Shown here: positions 50,099 through 57,840 of the stretch, one piece after another
Position numbering within the stretch: position 1 is the stretch's first letter
How the letters are laid out: every line of letters begins with the position of its first letter
Virus record (IMG/VR): IMGVR_UViG_3300021961_000021
DNA from: a virus
Direction: 5' to 3' (one strand)
DNA length: 64,000 bases
Notes under the pieces: generated by a model
Database searches by the model: none
Seen by the model: the letters and a program-made list of their open reading frames with translations, nothing else
Told to the model about the DNA's origin: nothing
Program-made: the position numbers and the translations under genes

Positions 50099-50105
50099 TA
50101 TTTAT
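50099..50105 (-). promoter_or_regulatory. T4-type late promoter (ATAAATA) followed by a leader hairpin
   Basis: Minus strand ATAAATAATTTTAGTGATAGCAACCACTTTAAAAGTTCT. Confidence 0.7.
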
Positions 50106-50305
50106 GAATAATCAGGTGGATTATACTTGATGAACTCAGCAAATGTCATTTTCATTTCTTTTTGTGTCATACCACAATGAGATGCAGCAGCTGGAAGATT
50201 CATAGAAGCACGATAAAGAGCAACGTTTGCCTCATTCACATTTTGTGGTGTAGTCTTCACTTTTTGCACTACCAATTTGGCGTGATCAATTTTAAGAAGT
50301 CCCAT
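50102..50305 (-). CDS. 67-aa hypothetical protein (possible small helical DNA-binding fold)
   Basis: ORF track; MNLPAAASHCGMTQKEMKMTF resembles a helix-turn-helix. Confidence 0.75.
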   Translation of the reverse strand: MGLLKIDHAKLVVQKVKTTPQNVNEANVALYRASMNLPAAASHCGMTQKEMKMTFAEFIKYNPPDYS

Positions 50306-50454
50306 CAGGTGCCTTGACCACGATAACGCTTTTTACGACCATTACGGGAACTGGAACCAAGATGCGTATTTTGAGACCGTCCTTGACGAGTTTTCTTGGG
50401 TTTTCCAGGAGTATAACCAGATTTAACGAGACCGACTTTTGCTTTTGCTGCCAT
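50305..50454 (-). CDS. 49-aa very basic micro-protein (not in ORF track)
   Basis: MAAKAKVGLVKSGYTPGKPKKTRQGRSQNTHLGSSSRNGRKKRYRGQGT*; TGATG overlap with the next gene. Confidence 0.75.
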   Translation of the reverse strand: MAAKAKVGLVKSGYTPGKPKKTRQGRSQNTHLGSSSRNGRKKRYRGQGT

Positions 50455-50493
50455 ACTTAGTAGAGGTGAACAACAGTTGAATTATACCACAGA

Positions 50494-51030
50494 TCATCCA
50501 GCAAGGACTGTTGGTGACCCATAACAAACAACAGATCTGCAGGGCCAAGATTTAAACGATTTTCCAACCCCAAGAGGATCTAGAATCCTACCAATTGGTA
50601 ATTTCAGAGCATATACCGTTTTTGTAGTTGCCTGTAAAGTTCTAACGTGCCCAATACCTCCCATATCTTCTATGGTCAGTTTACCGCAAGGAATTGGTGT
50701 TGGTTTCGGGCAAACATTTGGTCCACAAGGACACATATAGACAACAATGTTTGTAGTTGTAGTCTTGTGTGGAGTAAACGTATCCCCCATTAACATAATG
50801 GGAACACCATTTACCAAAACAGTTGCCCTAATAGGGTTCAACGCTGTTAAAGGTATTAGTGCTTGTGGACCCCACCAACAAGTTTTGTCCTTAACTTTAA
50901 TAGGTTTTGGTACTGGAGGTGTACTGCACGGATGACTTACGTGATGCTCTGCCAAAGGTATAGGAATACCGTGTCCACTACACGGAGTACCGTTGTGAAT
51001 TGCTACTGGTTTTAGTATGCCTAGCGCCAT
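50494..51030 (-). CDS. gp5.4: PAAR-like spike-tip protein (gp5.4-like), extended and Cys-rich
   Basis: CSGHG, TVLVNGVPIMLMGD..TPH, YALKLPIGRILD.LG...C.SVVCYGSPTVLAG hydrophobic repeats; sits before g25. Confidence 0.7.
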   Translation of the reverse strand: MALGILKPVAIHNGTPCSGHGIPIPLAEHHVSHPCSTPPVPKPIKVKDKTCWWGPQALIPLTALNPIRATVLVNGVPIMLMGDTFTPHKTTTTNIVVYMCPCGPNVCPKPTPIPCGKLTIEDMGGIGHVRTLQATTKTVYALKLPIGRILDPLGVGKSFKSWPCRSVVCYGSPTVLAG

Positions 51031-51031
51031 A

Positions 51032-54000
51032 TTAGTATGTTAAATCGCATTCATCGAAATAAGGATTGCCATAATTATTCAGAGAATCATCAAGCAACAT
51101 TGCAGAAGCTGTAGACCAATTTCTATATGTGAAAGTACCTTCATATGCGCCCAATTCTATATAGTTGTCGTCATTGATTAATCCTGGATCTATTGCAATT
51201 GCAGCGTGAATAACTTCATCCAAAGCAGCACAACCCACAAATGGTGATCCAGTACAAATATCATCTGACGTAATCTTATTTCCATTACAATCATAACCAG
51301 CACTAACTTGCAAGACCCCATCGGTCACAAAATTATGCCAGCAAGGATTTGGAAATTTTCCGCCGCTGCAAGTCTTCAATTTGATTGTATTGTAAGGTAG
51401 TTCACCATTTGTCGTTGCACCACCATAAGTGATGCCAGTTGGTTGACCCTGAGCATCGACCTGAGTCTGAGTGAAGAATGTTCCAACATAAGTGTTGTAA
51501 TTATTAGGACCAATCCAAGTTTCTAGTTGTTCCAACTCACTCATATTATTGAGACCATAATCAAACGTGTTTTCATCCCCACCAATGGGAATGAATGCGT
51601 ATTGACCAGGACCAGTCTTATAGCATTTGCCCTGTTGATCTCCTCGTTTACATTTATGAGTCTTTTTCTTTCTCCCAGTACCAGGATCCGTGACCTTTCT
51701 TGGTTTTGTTACTGCAGGAGCGGGCAAAGATTTGAGGAAATTCATAAATGCAGTGTTTACACTAGCTCCAGCACCACTAACATCACCTTCAATTGACATA
51801 CTTACACGCAATTGAATCTTTTCTTTCTTTGATGCACAGTATTTAAATGGCAAATATCCGTAAACTGTCTCCTGCCCATCCGCATCATATGACACATATG
51901 GGCAAGGAATGTCAAAAAATCTCCTCACACTGTATAAATTTGCTTGTTGTATCTCAATACATCCTCCATTATAGATTCCTGCCATTCCAGATGACATATA
52001 TCTGTCAAAAGTACGCGCATTTGGAGAAGATGAGTTCCAAAAATTGTCCAAAATGTTATTATTTTCGTTCCAATTTGGGTTTCCGAGCGTCAAATTCTTA
52101 AATAGTTGCTCACGATCCCAGTATTGTGCCCAATCTGCAAATCCAAGACCCGAATTTGGTTGGAAACAGGTGTTGGGAATGATATCACCACACATTCTTT
52201 GCTTATCATCTGCCTTAATATCCGTCATTGTGATGTAACCACGGATAATATCAGTGTTAATGTCGTGGTCAAACTCCGTAGTAGCGTCCTTCATATCATT
52301 TTTGTTGGATTCCAGAATGGAATTCGCATCCTGTGCATTCGTTCCGAACCGCGACAGGTTTGAATCCAACACTTTTTGCCACTCTTTCATACCTTCACCA
52401 ACGAAGGTGTCGGATCTTTGATCACGTTCTCTGTCAACAACTACGATTTTTGGGTTCCAATTTGCAGGATACCCCGCACCTGCGTCCTGAATGATCACAT
52501 CTTGGATGCAACCTTGAGCATCAATGATTGCTTTTAGCTTTGCTTGCTTCAGTTCTCCCGTGAATTTTGACTCGGTAACGTATTTTTGGTTGTGTACATA
52601 CGATGCCGCTTCCTTAAAATTGGCATCATTTACCTTAAAATCGTTCTGATCTTGCAAATTGAGCTGAATCTTAGGTGTAAGATCATCTTCAAAGGTCTCA
52701 TTTACGTTTTTTGCGGTGTCAATGAACCCCTGATCGCGCAAAATGTCTGGCAATTCGATTGCAAGTTGCGGATTTTTATATCCAAGACCAGCATTAATGA
52801 TGTTAACGCTCTTCAACTTACCATTTTTTCCAATTCTACCCTCAATGATTGCAGAATCTAGAGATCTTTCGGGGATCAAAGCGTTCTTATCAATGTTTAC
52901 GCGGTAGTATGAGACCTTTTTAGGGAACTCATACACACCAAAGAACGCTGCTTTGTCCTTAATTCCGTATCCAGCTAGTGCTACAACCTCACCACCGTTT
53001 GCTGAAGTGTATGATTGCTCGTAAACAAACGCATTCCCAAGTCCATTTTGCTGAATTGAGGTGAGTTCCATATACCCACAATCCATATCATCGCCAAAAT
53101 ACCTGCAAGCACTAATTAACCATCCGTTAATCGACTCTCCAACAGCGAAAAATCCACTGCTAGAGGTGTATCTGAAGAACAAAATGCGGTCATCTGTACC
53201 AGCAGTCCAGAATGATTCCTGTGCACCAGGAGATGCATCTGGTACTTCTACGGTAATGTGTGTCTTTTGTGTCCGCCAGGCACTTTGTTTGATCTGATAA
53301 TCGTAAGTATGATACGCCCAGACAGGTACACAAGTATTATTTTGTGTATATGTTGAAGGACAGCACGGTGCAGTAGTTGTAATTAGATTGATTCCGTATA
53401 CAGGACCATTCCAGGGATATGATGTATCATACAAATAATAGACAATTTGCCCCTCAAAAGCATCGTGGAAGTTTAGTGAACGAGGTACTGCTGCCTTTAC
53501 TGCTCCATTCTTACCCCAGAAATGCTCAAAGTATGCATCTGTGCTGAGAATCGTTACGTTATTGATATCCCAACCAGTCGTTCCAGGGGTCTCTCCGTGA
53601 AATCTCCAATAGTCCTGAAGACTGAAGTTGTTCTGAGATCCATACCACCCCCATTGATTATATCCATACCATCCACTACGGTCTACTTCACCCGTACATT
53701 TAATGCTTCCTACATCAATGATGCGCTTCTTGGGACGTGGACCTCTCCCAAGCATTACATATCCAATGATTCCTTGGTATTTGTACTCCTGATTCATAGG
53801 ATCAATCGGAGGTTCAATACCAGACACAATCTCCAGATTGACTTCTTTGCCAGGATCTACAGTGTAAAAATGATCTTTGCCCTTGCCCTCTGCGGTAAAG
53901 TCTGCAATATACTCATACAGGGGTACTGCATTCTCTCCAGACTTCAGAATACCTGAAGCGGTTGCTGCAGCAGCAGATGTGAAAATATACCCAAGACGAT

Positions 54001-54406
54001 CAACTCCGCTGCTCGTACTCAGGTATGAATCTCTATTGTTACTATTATATGCGATGTACAGTGGCACCGCACCACCAGGATTGCTCTTTGCTACCTGAAA
54101 ATAACGTCGTGCCTTCTGACGAGGTTCGTGATTATACGATCTAAAGTTATCCCAAGTGTCAGGAACATCTCTATCATTCTGATAGGTATGATCTTTTAAC
54201 TTGCCAGAATAGAAACGATGCACGGGTTTACGCTGTGCATTGCAATATGCCACACACGTTTGCTCTGGATCTCCAATATACCAAACTTCATCCTTACCAA
54301 ATTGATACGAACCAGGACCAGAATCTTGAATGTTAATATTCTGGTAATCGTCCGAATCAACTGGGTTCTCATAGGATCTACCAGTTTCGATGATATAAGC
54401 AGGCAC
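51032..54406 (-). CDS. 1124-aa probable virion protein (GTG start)
   Basis: N-terminal PVHRFY..DHTY / PLYEY..DHFYT repeats (DUF5648-like); later V.I.NAG.GY units like those of baseplate proteins. Confidence 0.7.
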   Translation of the reverse strand: MPAYIIETGRSYENPVDSDDYQNINIQDSGPGSYQFGKDEVWYIGDPEQTCVAYCNAQRKPVHRFYSGKLKDHTYQNDRDVPDTWDNFRSYNHEPRQKARRYFQVAKSNPGGAVPLYIAYNSNNRDSYLSTSSGVDRLGYIFTSAAAATASGILKSGENAVPLYEYIADFTAEGKGKDHFYTVDPGKEVNLEIVSGIEPPIDPMNQEYKYQGIIGYVMLGRGPRPKKRIIDVGSIKCTGEVDRSGWYGYNQWGWYGSQNNFSLQDYWRFHGETPGTTGWDINNVTILSTDAYFEHFWGKNGAVKAAVPRSLNFHDAFEGQIVYYLYDTSYPWNGPVYGINLITTTAPCCPSTYTQNNTCVPVWAYHTYDYQIKQSAWRTQKTHITVEVPDASPGAQESFWTAGTDDRILFFRYTSSSGFFAVGESINGWLISACRYFGDDMDCGYMELTSIQQNGLGNAFVYEQSYTSANGGEVVALAGYGIKDKAAFFGVYEFPKKVSYYRVNIDKNALIPERSLDSAIIEGRIGKNGKLKSVNIINAGLGYKNPQLAIELPDILRDQGFIDTAKNVNETFEDDLTPKIQLNLQDQNDFKVNDANFKEAASYVHNQKYVTESKFTGELKQAKLKAIIDAQGCIQDVIIQDAGAGYPANWNPKIVVVDRERDQRSDTFVGEGMKEWQKVLDSNLSRFGTNAQDANSILESNKNDMKDATTEFDHDINTDIIRGYITMTDIKADDKQRMCGDIIPNTCFQPNSGLGFADWAQYWDREQLFKNLTLGNPNWNENNNILDNFWNSSSPNARTFDRYMSSGMAGIYNGGCIEIQQANLYSVRRFFDIPCPYVSYDADGQETVYGYLPFKYCASKKEKIQLRVSMSIEGDVSGAGASVNTAFMNFLKSLPAPAVTKPRKVTDPGTGRKKKTHKCKRGDQQGKCYKTGPGQYAFIPIGGDENTFDYGLNNMSELEQLETWIGPNNYNTYVGTFFTQTQVDAQGQPTGITYGGATTNGELPYNTIKLKTCSGGKFPNPCWHNFVTDGVLQVSAGYDCNGNKITSDDICTGSPFVGCAALDEVIHAAIAIDPGLINDDNYIELGAYEGTFTYRNWSTASAMLLDDSLNNYGNPYFDECDLTY

Positions 54407-54407
54407 T

Positions 54408-54674
54408 CTATTCAGTAAGACGTTCTTCGATTTTATTTAGTCTATCGAACAGGATATCAAACAATTCCTTGAGATTACTGTACTCGGTATTACCAGGAAC
54501 CTTATACTGAATCATATCTGCCCCTCGCCCTAGCATCTGTTCAATGTTTGAAACACGCTGCGCAAGATTGGTACACGTCTTTGCAATCATCTCAAAGCGC
54601 CATTCATTCTCTTCTTCTTTATTTGCAAACGTAGGAATCTGCAAATCCTGGGGAATTTCAAAATCTTCTGCCAT
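54408..54674 (-). CDS. 88-aa hypothetical protein
   Basis: ORF track; coupled to its neighbours. Confidence 0.75.
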   Translation of the reverse strand: MAEDFEIPQDLQIPTFANKEEENEWRFEMIAKTCTNLAQRVSNIEQMLGRGADMIQYKVPGNTEYSNLKELFDILFDRLNKIEERLTE

Positions 54675-55210
54675 TAGAAATAATTTAAATTAAGGACAAT
54701 ACGAAACTTTTCATTCGTTGTAGATGTTCCAGCGTGTTCTGTGCCCACTGGAAACCTCACCAAGCGGTTTGCTTTTGATTCGACTCGTGTACCATCCTTA
54801 AAGAAGGTATATCCATCATTATCATTCAAGTACATAATCGCAGTCGTTGCTCCTGCAAACTCATCACTACCATACTCACCACAATCTGTATGATAGTCAT
54901 ACTCAATCAGATTGTCAGTATGATGATTTAGATTTGCTTTGATCCGAATCAGCGCCCGAGGTTGTAACGCATTCACAAGAGGCAGCACCGCTTCATAATA
55001 GGTGCTCTGTGGTTGACCACCTGTATAAAGGTAATTCACCATTTGCCAATTGTAAATCTCTTTTGCCTGCAGTTCAGGATCCACCATTCGTGCTACGTGC
55101 ATTACCTTTGCCATATTGACGAACCAAGGAAAGTCCTGTCCAGCAAGTGTACGATACATTGTATTGAAAACTTCATAATGTAAGAAGTTGTCCTGAATCT
55201 CAATTGTCAT
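54674..55210 (-). CDS. 2OG-Fe(II) oxygenase superfamily protein
   Basis: YHTD (HxD), AIMYLNDNDGYT, NRLVRFP...HAG, RIVLNLNY. Confidence 0.85.
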   Translation of the reverse strand: MTIEIQDNFLHYEVFNTMYRTLAGQDFPWFVNMAKVMHVARMVDPELQAKEIYNWQMVNYLYTGGQPQSTYYEAVLPLVNALQPRALIRIKANLNHHTDNLIEYDYHTDCGEYGSDEFAGATTAIMYLNDNDGYTFFKDGTRVESKANRLVRFPVGTEHAGTSTTNEKFRIVLNLNYF

Positions 55211-55258
55211 AGAATAGTTGCAACGTTCGCGGGGTAAACGGTTCAGATCCCCTTAGAT

Positions 55259-55414
55259 TTAATCACACGGTGGTCGATTGCCGTAGAGATTCAGTGCAGG
55301 AGAGATTTTTTTCAAAATTTCTTTACATTCATCCTCCTTGCCCTGCCGATTACATTGATAGTATCGAACAGCATCATAGATTAGGCGGATTTCCGCAGGG
55401 TTGATAAAATTCAT
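55259..55414 (-). CDS. 51-aa hypothetical protein (not in ORF track)
   Basis: MNFINPAEIRLIYDAVRYYQCNRQGKEDECKEILKKISPALNLYGNRPPCD*; ATGA overlap. Confidence 0.6.
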   Translation of the reverse strand: MNFINPAEIRLIYDAVRYYQCNRQGKEDECKEILKKISPALNLYGNRPPCD

Positions 55415-55581
55415 CGAGGGTTGTCAAATACACGTCGGAGAATCAATTCCTCATTGTCTTCAATATATTCCACGACTGTTCCAACATCCCATCCGAGATC
55501 TTGGAGAACTTCATCGGGAATTGTGAAATAAAGTTCGCCGTGTTCGTCTTCTTCGATAGTGGTGGTAAAGCGTCTACTCAT
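55411..55581 (-). CDS. AbrB/MazE/SpoVT-like swapped-hairpin DNA-binding protein, 56 aa (not in ORF track)
   Basis: MSRRFTTTIEEDEHGELYFTIPDEVLQDLGWDVGTVVEYIEDNEELILRRVFDNPR*; the ITIP..v...LGw..Gd.v pattern. Confidence 0.7.
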   Translation of the reverse strand: MSRRFTTTIEEDEHGELYFTIPDEVLQDLGWDVGTVVEYIEDNEELILRRVFDNPR

Positions 55582-55624
55582 AGTATTATATCCGAATCTT
55601 CGGTATATATGTGTGAACCTCTAC

Positions 55625-55651
55625 GGGGAATTTTTTCCTGGGGAATTTTTT
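55625..55651. repeat. Tandem GGGGAATTTTTT direct repeats
   Basis: 55625-55636 and 55640-55651, inside a 260-bp non-coding gap. Confidence 0.8.
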
Positions 55652-55801
55652 TTATATGGGGGGACCCGTAAAGTGAATTTGAATTCGTTCGATAATATGC
55701 CTGTCGGTATACTTTTGTAGGTTACACCAATATCGAATTTTAATATAGTCGATTATACTAACTGGTGCACTCAGTAAGCATCACCAGACCCCTCTAGAAT
55801 G

Positions 55802-55832
55802 CCCTGCAAGGTGTATCAAATGCCTTGCAGGG
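55802..55832. repeat. 10-bp perfect inverted repeat (hairpin)
   Basis: CCCTGCAAGG ... CCTTGCAGGG. Confidence 0.75.
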
Positions 55833-55848
55833 TAGAGTATACCATAGA

Positions 55849-56040
55849 TCAAATGTTTACGTCATAGCATAGTCCTTCGACGATGAAATAATCACACAAT
55901 TGTTGATACTTACCAAAGCGGTCTTGATGATCAACATCGATGAGAAATTGCATCAATTCGATACACTCATCAGGTGGCAGGTTAGCATCATCGTACAGAT
56001 CAATGTACATCTGATACTTATTAGGAATACGTGTCAGCAT
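55849..56040 (-). CDS. 63-aa acidic hypothetical protein
   Basis: ORF track. Confidence 0.65.
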   Translation of the reverse strand: MLTRIPNKYQMYIDLYDDANLPPDECIELMQFLIDVDHQDRFGKYQQLCDYFIVEGLCYDVNI

Positions 56041-56183
56041 TGTGTAGTATAATCGATGTCTAATTCGCCCAGAGAGGCATCATCGTAGTCTACATCATTC
56101 TCTATATCATCTGACTGATCTTCTAGCATTTCCTCTATCCAATCAGTGTGGTCGATAGATGATAGGAACTGTGCACTGTTCAT
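56034..56183 (-). CDS. 49-aa very acidic micro-protein (not in ORF track)
   Basis: MNSAQFLSSIDHTDWIEEMLEDQSDDIENDVDYDDASLGELDIDYTTQC*; overlaps both neighbours. Confidence 0.6.
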   Translation of the reverse strand: MNSAQFLSSIDHTDWIEEMLEDQSDDIENDVDYDDASLGELDIDYTTQC

Positions 56184-56368
56184 TGATAGTATTCCTCAGA
56201 ATCAAATTGATAGTTCTTTCCCTGACGGTTAGTGTTACTATCTGTGCGATTGAATTGTTCATACTCAGTGTAGTTCGATTGTTTACGACTACCCTGTGCA
56301 CGTTTCTCTCGCAAACTCTTCGGGCGATTCGATCTATAATCGTCGTTCCGTTTGTATGTTCTACCCAT
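56180..56368 (-). CDS. 62-aa basic hypothetical protein
   Basis: MGRTYKRND...KSLREKR; sigma70 promoter upstream. Confidence 0.7.
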   Translation of the reverse strand: MGRTYKRNDDYRSNRPKSLREKRAQGSRKQSNYTEYEQFNRTDSNTNRQGKNYQFDSEEYYQ

Positions 56369-56409
56369 TGGATTTGACTTCGATTGTCTCCTGTTTGGTT
56401 GACTTAAGT

Positions 56410-56438
56410 AATTTATACGAATTTGGGGAATCTGTCAA
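56410..56438 (-). promoter_or_regulatory. Host-like sigma70 promoter
   Basis: TTGACA-17-TAAATT. Confidence 0.65.
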
Positions 56439-56473
56439 GTCGTTGTGATACTATCTGAAGTGTCCCCTATGTG

Positions 56474-56502
56474 TTGACAAATGCTCGTTCGTGTGATAAC
56501 GT
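56474..56502 (+). promoter_or_regulatory. Plus-strand (antisense) sigma70 promoter
   Basis: TTGACA-17-TAACGT with an extended -10 TG. Confidence 0.55.
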
Positions 56503-56557
56503 GCTAAGGTTACATCTCTCTGAGGGATTATACATTATTCCGCAGGTTTAGTATACT

Positions 56558-56580
56558 TTTTCCACAGGTATTGTGGAAAA
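56558..56580. promoter_or_regulatory. Inverted pair of DnaA-box matches
   Basis: TTTTCCACA-5-TGTGGAAAA; both arms fit TTWTNCACA. Confidence 0.5.
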
Positions 56581-56614
56581 CATAAAATAACCAACTATGT
56601 TTTTTAAACCATTT

Positions 56615-56956
56615 TTAATCTGCGGAATTATCCCATTCTAAGTTACTATAATGGTCATTCAGTTTGTTACCATCTAGGTGGAATACATTTCTGTTGGGGT
56701 TATCAGTTGGATGAAATGCAGTTGCTGTTAATCTAGCAATGCGTCTAACTACAGTTTTGCCGTGCTGTCTGAGTGTAACTCTTCTGTATCCATTTTCGTT
56801 TAGATTAGTGGAGAGTTTTTTCCATCGACCATACTTAGCAGAGAAAACTTCACCTTGTTCGTTGATGTAGTATTCTTCGTAATTAGGGATAGGTTTGTAT
56901 AACGTTCCTTCGCTATCTTTGAACGTATTGTCGTTAATCTTGGTGAAGGCAATCAT
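56615..56956 (-). CDS. NUMOD4 + HNH endonuclease-like protein, possibly degenerate
   Basis: YKPIPNYEEYYINEQGEVFS (NUMOD4); ARLTATAF...VFHLDGNKLNDHYSNLEW (HNH_3-like, truncated after NLEW). Confidence 0.75.
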   Translation of the reverse strand: MIAFTKINDNTFKDSEGTLYKPIPNYEEYYINEQGEVFSAKYGRWKKLSTNLNENGYRRVTLRQHGKTVVRRIARLTATAFHPTDNPNRNVFHLDGNKLNDHYSNLEWDNSAD

Positions 56957-56960
56957 TGTA

Positions 56961-57605
56961 TTAAAAGGGTGCTACATTGAAGGACAGAGCAATGCGATTT
57001 GTGTGAGATGATGATTCAAAACCGTGTTGAAGATTAGGTGGGTGAATGATAACATCTCCCTCATTATATGGCACGGTTGCATCTACTTGATTGAAGGCAT
57101 TTATCTCTGTATGATTGAGTTGAATGGAGGGGTAATGTGTGGATGAGATGTTACGTCGAAACTTGAGAATTGCGTGTTGAGTGAGATCGAAATTAACGTA
57201 ATATGTGCCACTGTAGATAACGTTTGAGTGTTCGTGTGGTGCATACATAGCGTTCTCTTGTCCGAGTTCTAGGTAACTATCAGCGAAGTTAATTTGTTGG
57301 AGATCGTATGCATATGCTTCTCGATTTGACTTTAGAACAGCGTCAGAGATCATCTCCTTAATAGGAGCAAACTGTTTCAACTCAAGTATATTGGGAGGAC
57401 CGATTTGCATTACGTTACGAGAGATCAACTCATTAGAGTTTGTGAGAGCATTAGCATTTCCTGCGAGGGATTCGATATAGTTGAGAATGATTTGTTTGTG
57501 TTCAATGTGATTGTCGTTGGTGTATCTTGCGACTGGATACATAAACAATCCGTAGACAGTTGCATCAGCAATGTTCTCAAAACCATCAGAAAGATTCGTC
57601 GTCAT
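56961..57605 (-). CDS. Putative 2OG-Fe(II) oxygenase, TIGR02466-type
   Basis: PHEHSNVIYSGTYYV, IIHPPNLQHG, RIALSFNV. Confidence 0.8.
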   Translation of the reverse strand: MTTNLSDGFENIADATVYGLFMYPVARYTNDNHIEHKQIILNYIESLAGNANALTNSNELISRNVMQIGPPNILELKQFAPIKEMISDAVLKSNREAYAYDLQQINFADSYLELGQENAMYAPHEHSNVIYSGTYYVNFDLTQHAILKFRRNISSTHYPSIQLNHTEINAFNQVDATVPYNEGDVIIHPPNLQHGFESSSHTNRIALSFNVAPF

Positions 57606-57623
57606 TGATATATTTTAGAGTAC

Positions 57624-57651
57624 AAAAAAGAGGGGGATTTGATTCCCCCCC
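57624..57651 (-). terminator. Rho-independent terminator ending the early block
   Basis: Minus strand GGGGGGGAATCAAATCCCCCTC followed by TTTTTT. Confidence 0.75.
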
Positions 57652-57680
57652 AGTATATATCGTTTGATTTGAGATGTCAA
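57652..57680 (-). promoter_or_regulatory. Host-like sigma70 promoter abutting the terminator
   Basis: TTGACA-17-TATACT. Confidence 0.8.
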
Positions 57681-57835
57681 CTATGCGCGGAGATGTATGC
57701 ATCCAGAGTATAACCACGATGCAGAGATTTCATTTTCTCGTGATTACGATTCGTGGATTTGTTGTTGAAGAGTATCACTCGCACTTGTGTAGTTTCTTTG
57801 CGAGAGATATTCAGTTGGCGTTGTTGACGGGACAT
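57677..57835 (-). CDS. 52-aa basic hypothetical protein (not in ORF track)
   Basis: MSRQQRQLNISRKETTQVRVILFNNKSTNRNHEKMKSLHRGYTLDAYISAHS*. Confidence 0.4.
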   Translation of the reverse strand: MSRQQRQLNISRKETTQVRVILFNNKSTNRNHEKMKSLHRGYTLDAYISAHS

Positions 57836-57840
57836 TGTTC

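Noticed and set aside
55590-56615. tRNA genes in the non-coding gaps
   Set aside because: No cloverleaf with a GTTCRA T-loop, acceptor stem and CCA could be identified by eye. tRNAscan-SE would settle it.
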